Positions 44,775 through 55,136 of a stretch of 64,000 nt of DNA are shown one piece after another. The stretch is from Patescibacteria group bacterium (GTDB taxonomy: Bacteria > Patescibacteriota > Patescibacteriia > UBA9570 > JAHJKD01). The stretch covers positions 15,299-79,298 of the forward strand of contig JAZDOC010000022.1 of NCBI GenBank assembly GCA_043798935.1. The letters are read 5' to 3'. Each line of letters starts with the position of its first letter. Position 1 is the first letter of the stretch. Under the pieces are notes generated by a model. That model searched no databases and was not told the DNA's origin. It was given only the letters and a program-made list of their open reading frames with translations. The position numbers and the translations under genes are program-made.

Positions 44775-46463
44775 ATGAAAGATAATTGGAACGTAGTGGC
44801 AAAAATGCCCGAATCATTAAAGGATAAGTTTCCGGAAATAAATCCGATAATTTTACAATTGCTTTTTAATCGCCAAATAACCGAACAGAAGCAAATTGAA
44901 GAATTCATTACGCCTGATTATTCTACCGATCAAAATTCACCTTTTTTATTTCGCGATATGGAAAAAGTTTTGGCGCGAATCGAGCAAGCTTTATCAAAAC
45001 ATGAAAAAGTAGTTATTCATGGTGATTACGATGCAGACGGAGTTTGTTCGACTTGTTTAATGCATGAAGTTTTAACCGCAATTGGTATAAAAAATTTAAG
45101 CATTTATATTCCGGATCGAGAAACCGAAGGGTATGGCTTGAACATGAACACTATTAATAATTTTATTCAAGCAAAGGTTGATTTAATAATAACTGTTGAC
45201 TGCGGCATAGCTAACGCTAAAGAGATTGCTTATGCATTGGAAAATAAAATTGATACCATCATTACCGACCATCATGCTGAACCGCTTGATATGCCAACTT
45301 CAGCCGTGGCTATTATCGATTCAGCTATTAGTAGTGAGCCGTATCCATTTAAAAAATTAGCTGGGGTGGGCGTGGCCTTTAAAGTTGCCCAAGCATTAAT
45401 AAAAAAATATGAGCTAGGCGAAGGTTTTGAGAAATGGTTATTAGACCTAGTGGCCATTAGCACTATTACAGATTGTATGCCTTTACTTGGCGAAAATCGC
45501 ACTTTGGTAAAATATGGTTTAATGGTTTTAAATAAAACTAAACGCTTGGGTTTATTGGAACTGATCAAAAGTATTGGCAATAATTTTTTAAGTATTGATT
45601 CGCATATTGTTGGTTTTCGTCTTGGTCCTAGATTAAATGCAGCTGGTCGCATGGATCATGCTAATTCTGCTTATCAATTATTAGCCACGAAAGATCCGGC
45701 TGAATCGGTTGATTTATCTAGACAACTCAATCAGTCAAATACAAATCGCCAAAAAATTACCGAGAAAATAACCAATCAAGCTAAAGAACAGATTGCCGGC
45801 GAGATCGACGAGTCAGTCTATTTTGCTTATCATAGAGATTGGCCAATTGGAATATTAGGTTTGGTTGCCGGAAAGATAAGTGATTTATACCAAAAACCAA
45901 CTTTTATTATTACCGAGAACCAGGGCGAGATTACCGGCTCTGGTCGATCCATTGAGCAAATAAATATTATTGAAGCTATTCAGCAATGTGAAGAATATTT
46001 ATCGCGTTTTGGCGGTCATGCCCAAGCCTGTGGTTTCTCGCTGAAAAATGGTGCATCATTATCTGAATTTAAAATAAAATTGCGACGAATCATTGGTGAA
46101 AAAATTAAAAATAAAGTTCTGAAAAAAACTGTGCGTATAGAATCGGAAATAACATTATCAGATATCACCTGGGAATTAATGAATGAGCTGGAAAAATTCA
46201 GTCCCTTTGGCGAGGGCAACCCTAAACCATTATTTTTATTAAAAAATTTAACCATACGTGATTGGCAAATAGTTGGTCAAAACAACAAGCATTTGCGCTT
46301 GATATTCGAACAGGATAATATAGTAAAAAAAGCCATCGGTTTTAATTTCGGTAGTTTTTCGGATCAAATCGATCGCGATAAAAAAATTGATATTGTAGCC
46401 GAGCTGGATGTTAATGAATGGAACGGAAACAAAGAACAACAATTAAAAATCGTTGATATATAA
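44775..46463 (+). CDS. recJ: Single-stranded-DNA-specific exonuclease RecJ
   Basis: DHH motifs (HGDYDADGV, DHH) and the DHHA1 region. Confidence 0.8.
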   Translation: MKDNWNVVAKMPESLKDKFPEINPIILQLLFNRQITEQKQIEEFITPDYSTDQNSPFLFRDMEKVLARIEQALSKHEKVVIHGDYDADGVCSTCLMHEVLTAIGIKNLSIYIPDRETEGYGLNMNTINNFIQAKVDLIITVDCGIANAKEIAYALENKIDTIITDHHAEPLDMPTSAVAIIDSAISSEPYPFKKLAGVGVAFKVAQALIKKYELGEGFEKWLLDLVAISTITDCMPLLGENRTLVKYGLMVLNKTKRLGLLELIKSIGNNFLSIDSHIVGFRLGPRLNAAGRMDHANSAYQLLATKDPAESVDLSRQLNQSNTNRQKITEKITNQAKEQIAGEIDESVYFAYHRDWPIGILGLVAGKISDLYQKPTFIITENQGEITGSGRSIEQINIIEAIQQCEEYLSRFGGHAQACGFSLKNGASLSEFKIKLRRIIGEKIKNKVLKKTVRIESEITLSDITWELMNELEKFSPFGEGNPKPLFLLKNLTIRDWQIVGQNNKHLRLIFEQDNIVKKAIGFNFGSFSDQIDRDKKIDIVAELDVNEWNGNKEQQLKIVDI

Positions 46464-46890
46464 TTTTAAAAAAATGACAAAATTAATAATTTATACTGAT
46501 GGTGGTGCGCGTGGAAATCCAGGCCCGGCTGGAATCGGTGTTCACATTGTAGACGAGGCTAATCATCTGGTTGGGGATTATAATCAATACATCGGCGAAA
46601 CCACTAATAACCAGGCTGAATATCAGGCAGTTCATTTAGCCATGGAGAAAATTAAAGATCTTGGCATTCAAGAAATAGAATTTTATTTAGATTCATTGTT
46701 GGTAGTTCAACAATTAAACGGTGTTTATAAAATAAAAGATAAAAATTTAGGTGTATGGTTTGTGAAAATTTGGAATCAGAAATTGAAATATAAAAAAATA
46801 AGTTTTACTCATATTCCGCGCGAACAGAACAAAATTGCCGATAAGTTGGTAAATATTGCAATCGACAAAGCTTTAGGGCCTCAAGCTTGA
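46453..46890 (+). CDS. rnhA: Ribonuclease HI
   Basis: IYTDGGARGNPGPAGIG and catalytic D/E/D spacing. Confidence 0.8.
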   Translation: MIYNFKKMTKLIIYTDGGARGNPGPAGIGVHIVDEANHLVGDYNQYIGETTNNQAEYQAVHLAMEKIKDLGIQEIEFYLDSLLVVQQLNGVYKIKDKNLGVWFVKIWNQKLKYKKISFTHIPREQNKIADKLVNIAIDKALGPQA

Positions 46891-46916
46891 CATTTTCAAG
46901 CTTTTGTAATATATTA
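46885..46916 (+). promoter_or_regulatory. rnpB promoter TTGACA-17-TATATT
   Basis: Consensus -35 and near-consensus -10 hexamers about 5 nt upstream of the RNA 5' end. Confidence 0.4.
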
Positions 46917-46919
46917 TTA

Positions 46920-47310
46920 GTGCTTAAGTAAGCCGTAAGGTTGCTGTTTTACAATTAAAACAGAGGAAAGTCCGAACACCATTTTAAAGACAGTCGGTAA
47001 CACCGACCGAGATATAAGTGATGGATAGAAAATCTATAGATTTCTGTTCGTCTATAAACTCAGGGAAAGTGCCACAGAGACAATACTATCCTAATGAAAA
47101 TTGGGAGAAAGGTGAAAAGTTTCCGTAAAACGGAATCCACTACCGGTGACGGCTAGTGCGTGGTAAACCCTGTTGGGTGCAAGAGCAAGTTTTTTCCGAT
47201 TAGCGTAAGCAAAGCGGAAAATGGTAGCTCGCATGAGTTTGTTGGCAACAACAAGCCTAGATAGATAACCTTATTTAACAGAATTCGGCTTACAGGTTTG
47301 CTTAAGCCCC
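46920..47310 (+). ncRNA. rnpB: RNase P RNA (bacterial)
   Basis: Universally conserved AGGAAAGUCCG (46963-46973) and ACAGAAUUCGGCUUA (47278-47292) blocks. The P1 stem is closed by gcttaag (46922) pairing with cttaagc (47301). Confidence 0.8.
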
Positions 47311-47351
47311 TCTTTGGAGGGTTTGAAACAACAGAACTATTAAATTTTTTC

Positions 47352-48779
47352 ATGAAAAAAACGGAATTAATATTCGGTTTTATTTTATTACCGCTCGACT
47401 ATTTAATGTTAATACTCGCTTCTATGAGTGCGTATTTTTTGCGTTTCGGCGATACTTTTTCCGAAATCAGACCAGTTATTTATGAATTGCCGTTTAAAGA
47501 CTTTTTTTTGGTTTCATTAATTGCATCTTTAGCCTTAATAATTATATTTGCCTGGAATGGCCTTTACAGTATTACCGGTACCAGACGCATCGTCACCGAG
47601 CTTCGTCGAATATTTGTGGCTTGCTCAACCGGAGTTCTAATTGTTATTATTTTAACTTTTTTTGATCGGGAATTATTTTCCTCGCGCTTTATAATCTTAG
47701 CAGATTGGATGCTAAGTATCGTATATGTTTCTTTGGCACGCTATTTCATTATTCAACTGGAAAGATATTTATTTACCAGAGGCATCGGATTACATCGTAT
47801 CGTGGTTATTGGTGATGGTCGAACCGCTCGTTTTTTAAAAAGTACCATTCGCCATAACCGATCATTGGGTTATGTAATTTCCGAAGAATGCGAAACCATT
47901 AATGGCGATATTCTTGATAAATTAAGTAAAATTTTAAAAATTAAATCCATTGATGAAATCATTTTAGCGCAACCAAATTTAAGTAGTGAGGAAAAAAATC
48001 AACTGGTTGAATTTTGTGATGTTAATAATATTTCATTTAAATATGCAGCTGATATGTTCGATTCTAAAGTAGCTAATATTGAAATTCGTCCTTTGGCCGG
48101 TGTGCCCATTGTAGAGATTAAACGAACTCCGCTGGATGGCTGGGGTAAAATAATTAAGCGCGTGATCGATATAATTTTTTCTATTCTCTGGCTGATTTTT
48201 ACTGGCTGGCTGATGTTGATTATTGCTTTAGCCATTAAATTAGATAGCCCTGGTGCAGTGATCTATAAAAATGAAAGAGTGGGCTATAAAGGCAAGAAAT
48301 TCAAGACTTTAAAATTTCGATCCATGCGGAGCGATTACTGCGTGGGTGAAGAATATGGTGATGTAAATAAAGCCTTGGAGTTTGAACAACAATTAATTAA
48401 AGAAAAAAGCATTAAGAGCGGACCAGTTTATAAAATTAAAGATGACCCCCGCGTCACACGAGTTGGCGCATTTATCCGGCGTACATCACTCGATGAATTT
48501 CTTCAGGTTTTTAATGTACTAAAAGGAGAAATGAGTTGGATCGGACCACGACCACATCAACCACGTGAAGTTGAAAAATATGAAAAGCAACATCTAAGCG
48601 TCTTAAGCGTTAAACCCGGCATCAGCGGGTTAGCTCAAATTTCCGGTCGCAGTGATTTAGAATTCAATGATGAAATGAAATTAGATACTTATTATATTGA
48701 AAATTGGAGCCTGGGATTAGATTTATATATTATGTTTAAAACACCACTAGTATTATTTAATAAAAGAAAAGCTTTATGA
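47352..48779 (+). CDS. Undecaprenyl-phosphate sugar phosphotransferase (WbaP/bacterial sugar transferase family)
   Basis: N-terminal TM helices, a Rossmann-like middle region, and a C-terminal sugar-transferase domain (PGISGLAQISGR). The start has been moved to the MKKTELIF methionine to avoid overlap with rnpB. Confidence 0.75.
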   Translation: MKKTELIFGFILLPLDYLMLILASMSAYFLRFGDTFSEIRPVIYELPFKDFFLVSLIASLALIIIFAWNGLYSITGTRRIVTELRRIFVACSTGVLIVIILTFFDRELFSSRFIILADWMLSIVYVSLARYFIIQLERYLFTRGIGLHRIVVIGDGRTARFLKSTIRHNRSLGYVISEECETINGDILDKLSKILKIKSIDEIILAQPNLSSEEKNQLVEFCDVNNISFKYAADMFDSKVANIEIRPLAGVPIVEIKRTPLDGWGKIIKRVIDIIFSILWLIFTGWLMLIIALAIKLDSPGAVIYKNERVGYKGKKFKTLKFRSMRSDYCVGEEYGDVNKALEFEQQLIKEKSIKSGPVYKIKDDPRVTRVGAFIRRTSLDEFLQVFNVLKGEMSWIGPRPHQPREVEKYEKQHLSVLSVKPGISGLAQISGRSDLEFNDEMKLDTYYIENWSLGLDLYIMFKTPLVLFNKRKAL

Positions 48780-49876
48780 AAATAGCTCTGGTTCACGATC
48801 ATCTGGCACAAGACGGTGGAGCCGAAAAAGTTTTGGCGGCTTTTCAACAAATTTGGCCCGAGGCACCAACTTATGTTGTTGTTTATAATCCCAAACAAGC
48901 TAATAAAATTTTTGCTAATAAAGACATTAGAACTTCGTTTATTCAAAAATTACCTTGGGGAGTGAAAAAATATAAATGGTATATGCCTTTTTATCCGGCC
49001 GCAGTTGAAGATTATGATTTATCAGATTACGATGTTATTCTTTCGAGCAATTCGGCTTTTGCTAAAGGAATTATTACTAAGCCAAAAACTTTACATATTT
49101 GTTATTGTCATACACCCACGCGCTTTTTATGGAGTGATACACACAGCTATATAAAAGAACTGGGAGTTTCTAAAATCGTTAAGAAAATATTACCTATTTT
49201 TTTAAGTAATATTCGCCAGTGGGATCGTTTAGCCGCTGAACGAGTAGATAAATATATTTCCAATTCCAGTTTAGTTAAAAAGCGCATTGAAAAATATTAT
49301 CATCGTGATAGTGATATCATTTATCCGCCCGTTGAAGTTGAAAAATTTGCTCTTAACAATGAAACCGGGGATTACTTTTTAGCCGGTGGTCGCATTGTGC
49401 CTTATAAAAGATTCGACATTATAGTTGATGCTTTTAATAGGTTAGGTAGACCTTTAAAAATTTTTGGTGATGGTCCGGAATTAAACGCGCTAAAAGCCCG
49501 AGCTAAAAAAAATATTGAATTTCTTGGTCGGGTAGATGACCAGGAAAAAATGAAATTATATCAGAATGCTCTGGCTTATATTAATCCGCAAGAAGAAGAT
49601 TTTGGCATAACCATGCTTGAATCTATGGCTTCGGGTCGTCCGGTTATTGCTTATGATGCAGGGGGAGCCAAGGAAATTATAAACACGAACCTCACTGGTA
49701 TTTTATTTGCTGAACAAACCTGGGAAGATTTAGCTGATGCTGTAGTTAAATTCGATTCTGCAACTTATACGCCATCAGAGATTAGAAAATATGCCGAACA
49801 ATTTAATATTTCGCATTTCAAGCAAAGTATAGAACAATACGTTGAACAAGCTTATCAAGAATTTAATAATAAATAA
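48776..49876 (+). CDS. Glycosyltransferase family 4
   Basis: GT-B fold with a C-terminal E..E motif region (FGITMLESMASGRPVIA). Confidence 0.7.
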   Translation: MKIALVHDHLAQDGGAEKVLAAFQQIWPEAPTYVVVYNPKQANKIFANKDIRTSFIQKLPWGVKKYKWYMPFYPAAVEDYDLSDYDVILSSNSAFAKGIITKPKTLHICYCHTPTRFLWSDTHSYIKELGVSKIVKKILPIFLSNIRQWDRLAAERVDKYISNSSLVKKRIEKYYHRDSDIIYPPVEVEKFALNNETGDYFLAGGRIVPYKRFDIIVDAFNRLGRPLKIFGDGPELNALKARAKKNIEFLGRVDDQEKMKLYQNALAYINPQEEDFGITMLESMASGRPVIAYDAGGAKEIINTNLTGILFAEQTWEDLADAVVKFDSATYTPSEIRKYAEQFNISHFKQSIEQYVEQAYQEFNNK

Positions 49877-49878
49877 AT

Positions 49879-50493
49879 ATGGAACTAAAAGAACATTTAA
49901 AAATTTTTAATCAGGGTAAGTGGTTTATTATCGCTTTAGCCGTAGCTGTGGCAGTAGTAAGCTTTCTTTATGCAACTTATCGACCCGACAGCTATAAAGC
50001 TGTTATTTCATTCGACATTAATTTAGTAAATCGAACCGATTCTGCCGACTATCAATATGGTTCATATTACGATTTAAAAGGCGCCGAAATGTTTACGCAA
50101 AATGTTATGAGTTGGTTGCGTACTCCGGCGGTTATTGCCCAAATTTATGAGACAGCCGGCATTGGTTATGAAATCGATAATTTAGATCAGTTCACTAATC
50201 GTTTTACAGCGCGTCAATATGCAGCGCAAAATTTTGTAGTAAGTTATTATGATCCATCAGCCGAAAATGCAAATAAAATTGCAGATGGCATCAGCACAGT
50301 ATTAAATGCAAAAGTTAAAGAATCTAATAAAGATGTCAGCAACAAATCGTTATTCAGTATTATTGCATCTGAACCGGCAATTGTTTTAAGTGAAATTAAT
50401 TTATATTTAATTACTATCTTAGGTTTCATAGTTGGTTTAGTTATTGGGTCGCTTTTAGTTTACTCTCGACACTATTTACGAAACATCAAATAA
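49879..50493 (+). CDS. Wzz-like polysaccharide chain-length determinant (short form)
   Basis: Two terminal TM helices flank a periplasmic domain. The N-terminal block WFIIALAVAVAVVSFLYATYRPDSYKA is Wzz-like. Confidence 0.5.
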   Translation: MELKEHLKIFNQGKWFIIALAVAVAVVSFLYATYRPDSYKAVISFDINLVNRTDSADYQYGSYYDLKGAEMFTQNVMSWLRTPAVIAQIYETAGIGYEIDNLDQFTNRFTARQYAAQNFVVSYYDPSAENANKIADGISTVLNAKVKESNKDVSNKSLFSIIASEPAIVLSEINLYLITILGFIVGLVIGSLLVYSRHYLRNIK

Positions 50494-50502
50494 TTTAAAT
50501 AA

Positions 50503-51624
50503 ATGCTAATTGGCATTGATATTAGATGTTTATTAGAAGCTCAGCCGTCAGGTGTGTCTTTTTATACTCAAAATTTACTGGATAATTTACTGCGTTTAAA
50601 CACCGAACATGATTATTTATTGTTTTATAATTCATTTCAGCCGGTTCATAAAGAAATTATTTCTCGGTTATCAAAATATCCCCGGGTGCAAATAAAAAAA
50701 TTCAGCTACCCTAATAAATTATTTAATTTTTTTACTAATTTTTTACATTGGCCGAAGATCGATAAATTAATTGGCGGCGTGGATGTTTTTTTTGCGCCTA
50801 ATTTACAATTTATTTCTTTATCCAAAGAGTGCCGCGTAGTGGTAACAGTTCATGATTTATCGTTTAATTTATTTCCGCATTTTTTGTCTTTTAAACGCAA
50901 GTTGTGGCATAAATTAATTAATCCGAAAAAGTTTATTCAAACAGCCGATAAAATTATTGCTGATTCATTCAATACAAAAAAGGATTTAATTTCTTTATTT
51001 CAAATTAGCGAAAATAAAATCGAAGTAGTTCATTTAGGAGGTTCTATTAAAAATGAAAATAATAATTCAGAATCATTTTCTGGTAGTCTACCGCAAAACT
51101 ATATTTTGTCGGTTTCAACTTTAGAGCCAAGAAAAAATATTAGTGGTTTAATAGATGCATTTAATATAGTTTCTGCATCACCAAATAATTTTGATTTACA
51201 TTTATTAATTGTTGGTCCAGCCGGTTGGAAAAACAGCGATATTTATAATAAATCTAAAAATAATAGTAAAATAATTTTTTTGGGTTTTGTTGATGAAAAG
51301 GAAAAAACCGCTTTATATAAAAATGCTCGAGCTTTTATTTACCCCACTTTTTACGAAGGTTTTGGATTACCACCACTTGAAGCTATGAATTATCATGTGC
51401 CAATAATTGCCAGCTATAATTCATCTTTGCCCGAAGTGCTGGGAAGTTCTGCCTTGTATGTGAATCCATACAACACTCAAGAAATTGTTGTAGCCATCAA
51501 CGCTGTGTTATTTGATTTGAATTTAAAAAACAATCTTCTGGCTGGCGCGCAGGAGCAAATGAAAAAATTTTCCTGGTCAAAAACTGCAGTCGAAACTTTA
51601 AATATTTTTAATGCTCTTGTATAA
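50503..51624 (+). CDS. Glycosyltransferase family 4
   Basis: YEGFGLPPLEAM motif. Confidence 0.7.
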   Translation: MLIGIDIRCLLEAQPSGVSFYTQNLLDNLLRLNTEHDYLLFYNSFQPVHKEIISRLSKYPRVQIKKFSYPNKLFNFFTNFLHWPKIDKLIGGVDVFFAPNLQFISLSKECRVVVTVHDLSFNLFPHFLSFKRKLWHKLINPKKFIQTADKIIADSFNTKKDLISLFQISENKIEVVHLGGSIKNENNNSESFSGSLPQNYILSVSTLEPRKNISGLIDAFNIVSASPNNFDLHLLIVGPAGWKNSDIYNKSKNNSKIIFLGFVDEKEKTALYKNARAFIYPTFYEGFGLPPLEAMNYHVPIIASYNSSLPEVLGSSALYVNPYNTQEIVVAINAVLFDLNLKNNLLAGAQEQMKKFSWSKTAVETLNIFNALV

Positions 51625-52816
51625 TAAGCAGTATATGCGAATAGGAATTGATGCTCGTTTTTATGGAGGCGAACAATCTAAAGGGTTGGGGCGTTATACT
51701 CAGAAGTTAATCGAGTATTTAATGCACTTAGACCAAAATAACGAATACGTTATTTTTTTACAATCCGAGCAATATAAAAAATGGGCTTGTCCGTATCGCA
51801 ATTTTATTGCCATTGAAGCACCATACCCATGGTATAGCTGGGAAGAACAAGTATTTATGCCTCTGAAAATAAAACAAGCCAATGTAGATTTTATGCATTT
51901 TCCGCATTTCAACGTTCCTCTTTTTTATAATGGTCCGTTTATAGTAACTATTCACGATTTAATTCTTTCTCGTTTTCCCACGGAGCGCGCTACTACACTG
52001 GGTCCGTGGTTATATAAAATTAAACAATTAGCTTATCATCAAGTAATAAAACATGCAGCACTCAAGGCGCAACAAATTATTACCGTGTCCAATTATTCTA
52101 AGCAGGATATTATGGATTATTTTAAAATTTCCGAAAAAAAAATTATTGTCACTTATGAAGCGGCCGATATCATCCCGAGCGATGAAGCTAGTGAAGATGA
52201 TAGTAAAATTATTCTCTCGGGTTTGGGTATCAATAAAGCTTATTTACTGTATGTGGGTAATGCTTATCCGCATAAAAATTTAGAAACTTTGCTTAAAGTA
52301 GTCCATCAATTAAAAAAAGACCATCAATTAAATTGGAAATTAGTTTTAGTTGGCCGGAAAGATTATTTTTACAAACGGCTTGAACAACAAGCCTGGGCTA
52401 TGAATTTAGATCAGGACATTATTTTCACCGGTTTTATAGCAGATAAAGATTTACCGGTTTTGTATCAAAAAGCAACGGCGTATATTTTTCCATCGCGTTA
52501 TGAAGGTTTTGGATTGCCACCACTTGAAGCCATGAGTTACAAAACACCGGTTATTTGTTCAAACCAAGCATGTTTGCCTGAAGTGCTAGGGTCAGCGGTT
52601 TTATATTTTGATTATCAAGATGTATATGGTATAATAGAACAAGTAAAAAATATATTTACAGATATAAATCTCAAACAAGAGCTTATACGTAAAGGACTAA
52701 AACAAATAAAAAAATACAGCTGGGGAAAAATGGCCCGGCAAACTTTAGAAATTTATGCCCAAACAGATCATAGCGTCAAAAACCGTAAAAAAAACGCATA
52801 CGTTAAAACCCATTAA
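51611..52816 (+). CDS. Glycosyltransferase family 4
   Basis: YEGFGLPPLEAM motif. Paralogous to the preceding gene. Confidence 0.7.
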   Translation: MLLYNKQYMRIGIDARFYGGEQSKGLGRYTQKLIEYLMHLDQNNEYVIFLQSEQYKKWACPYRNFIAIEAPYPWYSWEEQVFMPLKIKQANVDFMHFPHFNVPLFYNGPFIVTIHDLILSRFPTERATTLGPWLYKIKQLAYHQVIKHAALKAQQIITVSNYSKQDIMDYFKISEKKIIVTYEAADIIPSDEASEDDSKIILSGLGINKAYLLYVGNAYPHKNLETLLKVVHQLKKDHQLNWKLVLVGRKDYFYKRLEQQAWAMNLDQDIIFTGFIADKDLPVLYQKATAYIFPSRYEGFGLPPLEAMSYKTPVICSNQACLPEVLGSAVLYFDYQDVYGIIEQVKNIFTDINLKQELIRKGLKQIKKYSWGKMARQTLEIYAQTDHSVKNRKKNAYVKTH

Positions 52817-55136
52817 GCTTAGTCCTGGTATACCCAGTAGCAATGTATTAGATTTACGTTCCACTAAACTAGGCTCAAAAGAACACGCGGTTTATACCAA
52901 AGAAAAAAATAAAGCCATTAAAAAAGAAAAGCAAATTAAAAATGGCGGTTGGTTTAAATCTTTATTTTCTTCATCCGCAAAACAAAAGTCACCTAAAGAT
53001 ATTTTAGCCCGTTCTCAAAAAATTCAAGAGCAAATTCAAGAGCGCCAGCAAGAGAAAAAAACTATTGTTAAAAAATCCGAAAAAGTTAAAATTGTTGCTC
53101 AAAAACATCAGCCCGAACCGGCTCCGGTTATCGCATCAGCTGTTTCAAAAACTTCATGGTTCCAGACATCATTCAAGCCGTTGTCTTTTTTTATTATAAT
53201 TTGCTTGATGTTAATCATGCCGTTTGCCTGCATGGCCTTATATTATAAACTAGACGACATTAAAGCCTCAGTTTTTTCTTTGTCATCAAAAGCGCTGGAA
53301 GATATGCAAGTTGGTAGTCAATTAGCGAGTGATTCTAATTTCACTGAAGCTTCAGCTCAATTTAATAATGCTTTGGAAAAGTTTACGACTGCGCAAAACG
53401 AGCTAACAATTTATAATGATACTTTTTCAGCAGTAATTGCATCTTTACCTGGTAAAGGCAAAGAATATAAAAGCGCTCAAAATCTTCTTTCAGCTGCAAC
53501 TCATTTAACCACAGCGGCCGATAATTTAACCACGGCTTTTAACATCTTTAACAAACTAGACAGCGAAGTTCTGAAAAATATTAATGCCACTAATCCGCCT
53601 TCACTTACCGAAATAATCGTGCTCGGTCATGCTAATTTAAAACCCGCCAGTGAAGAAATTGATTTAGCTAACACTGCCCTTAGCCAGGTAGATGCCAACA
53701 AATTGCCGGCTGATTATATCGACAAAATAAATCTTATTAAAGAAGAACTGCCTAAAATAAATAAAAGCTTAAAACAAGTTTTGCAATTATCTGAAGCCAT
53801 GCTAACTATTTTAGGTCATGATCAAGAAAAAAGATATTTGGTAGTGTTCCAAAATAATCGAGAAATCAGAGCTACAGGTGGATTCTTAGGAAGCTTTGGC
53901 GTAATCGATATATCTGGTGGTAAAGTTACAAAAATTGCTATTCCGGGTGGCGGTACTTACGATCTAAATGGAGCTCTAAAAGCTAAAGTTATTTCTCCGG
54001 AACCAATGCATTTAATAAATCCAGCGTGGCAGATTCAAGATGCTAATTGGTGGCCCGATTGGCCGACTTCAGCTCAAAAAATAGAATGGTTTTATAATCA
54101 AAGCGATGGTCCAACAGTAGACGGAGTGTTGGCTCTTACTCCTGATATCATTGAATCAATGCTTGAAATTACCGGCCCCATCGATATGGGCCAGGAATAC
54201 AACATTATTATTGATGCACAAAATTTTTACGATATTGTTCAAACTGAATCTGAGAAAAAATACGATGAAACGCGCGTGCCTAAGAAAATTATTGCCGATT
54301 TAACTCCAAAATTATTAAGCCAACTTTTTTCCTTGGAAAAAGATTCGACTTTATCAGTTTTAGAAGTTTTTTATAATGCCTTGCGGGAAAAAGATATTTT
54401 GTTATATTTTAACGATCCATTTTTAGAAGAGGAGATGATGAATTTAGGCTGGAGCGGATCAATTAAAAATACCGATAGCGATTATTTATCGATTATTAAT
54501 ACAAATATTAGTGGTGGAAAAACTGATGGTGTGATTGAAGAAATTATTAATCATAAATCGGAAATCCAAAGCGACGGATCGATTATCGATACGGTTAGCG
54601 TCACCCGGACACATAAAGGGCATATTGATAACACCTTTACCAGTACTTTAAATTGGGATTATATTCGGGTTTATGTTCCGGAAGGGAGCGAATTATTATC
54701 AAGCTCAGGTTTTAATCAGCCCGATAATAAATTAATTCTTGATACGCCCGAAGGATATACGCTCGATACCGATTTAAAAAATATTTCGGGTGACACCTTT
54801 ATGGAAGAAAATAGTAAAATGAGAATTAATAAGGAATTTAATAAAACAGTTTTTGCCAACTGGCAAAGCTTAGAGCCGGGTGCTAGTAAAACTTATACCA
54901 TCTCTTATAGATTGCCATTTACTTTGCAAACAGGTGGTTGGTTGAAAAACACCGATACTTATAGTTTGCTGGTTCAAAAGCAGTCCGGTAGCTTTAACAG
55001 TTTGTTTAACACAGAGTTAATTTTACCAGATAATTATGCCATTAAATGGCGTTATCCAAAAGATTTTCAAAATTCTTTTAACAGCGTTTTAGATACCGAC
55101 AAATATTTAGGAGTGGTAATTGTTGATCAAAAATAA
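52755..55136 (+). CDS. Large membrane-anchored hypothetical protein (DUF4012-like), associated with the polysaccharide cluster
   Basis: Single TM (FFIIICLMLIMPFACMALYY) and the motif RYLVVFQNNREIRATGGFLGSFGVIDI. The true start may lie downstream of the 60-nt overlap with the preceding gene. Confidence 0.45.
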   Translation: MPKQIIASKTVKKTHTLKPIKLSPGIPSSNVLDLRSTKLGSKEHAVYTKEKNKAIKKEKQIKNGGWFKSLFSSSAKQKSPKDILARSQKIQEQIQERQQEKKTIVKKSEKVKIVAQKHQPEPAPVIASAVSKTSWFQTSFKPLSFFIIICLMLIMPFACMALYYKLDDIKASVFSLSSKALEDMQVGSQLASDSNFTEASAQFNNALEKFTTAQNELTIYNDTFSAVIASLPGKGKEYKSAQNLLSAATHLTTAADNLTTAFNIFNKLDSEVLKNINATNPPSLTEIIVLGHANLKPASEEIDLANTALSQVDANKLPADYIDKINLIKEELPKINKSLKQVLQLSEAMLTILGHDQEKRYLVVFQNNREIRATGGFLGSFGVIDISGGKVTKIAIPGGGTYDLNGALKAKVISPEPMHLINPAWQIQDANWWPDWPTSAQKIEWFYNQSDGPTVDGVLALTPDIIESMLEITGPIDMGQEYNIIIDAQNFYDIVQTESEKKYDETRVPKKIIADLTPKLLSQLFSLEKDSTLSVLEVFYNALREKDILLYFNDPFLEEEMMNLGWSGSIKNTDSDYLSIINTNISGGKTDGVIEEIINHKSEIQSDGSIIDTVSVTRTHKGHIDNTFTSTLNWDYIRVYVPEGSELLSSSGFNQPDNKLILDTPEGYTLDTDLKNISGDTFMEENSKMRINKEFNKTVFANWQSLEPGASKTYTISYRLPFTLQTGGWLKNTDTYSLLVQKQSGSFNSLFNTELILPDNYAIKWRYPKDFQNSFNSVLDTDKYLGVVIVDQK

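Noticed and set aside
47153-47353. A minus-strand 66-aa ORF, and the first 18 codons of the sugar-transferase ORF as called from 47298
   Set aside because: Both overlap the RNase P RNA (46920..47310). The transferase has a good internal start, MKKTELIF, at 47352.
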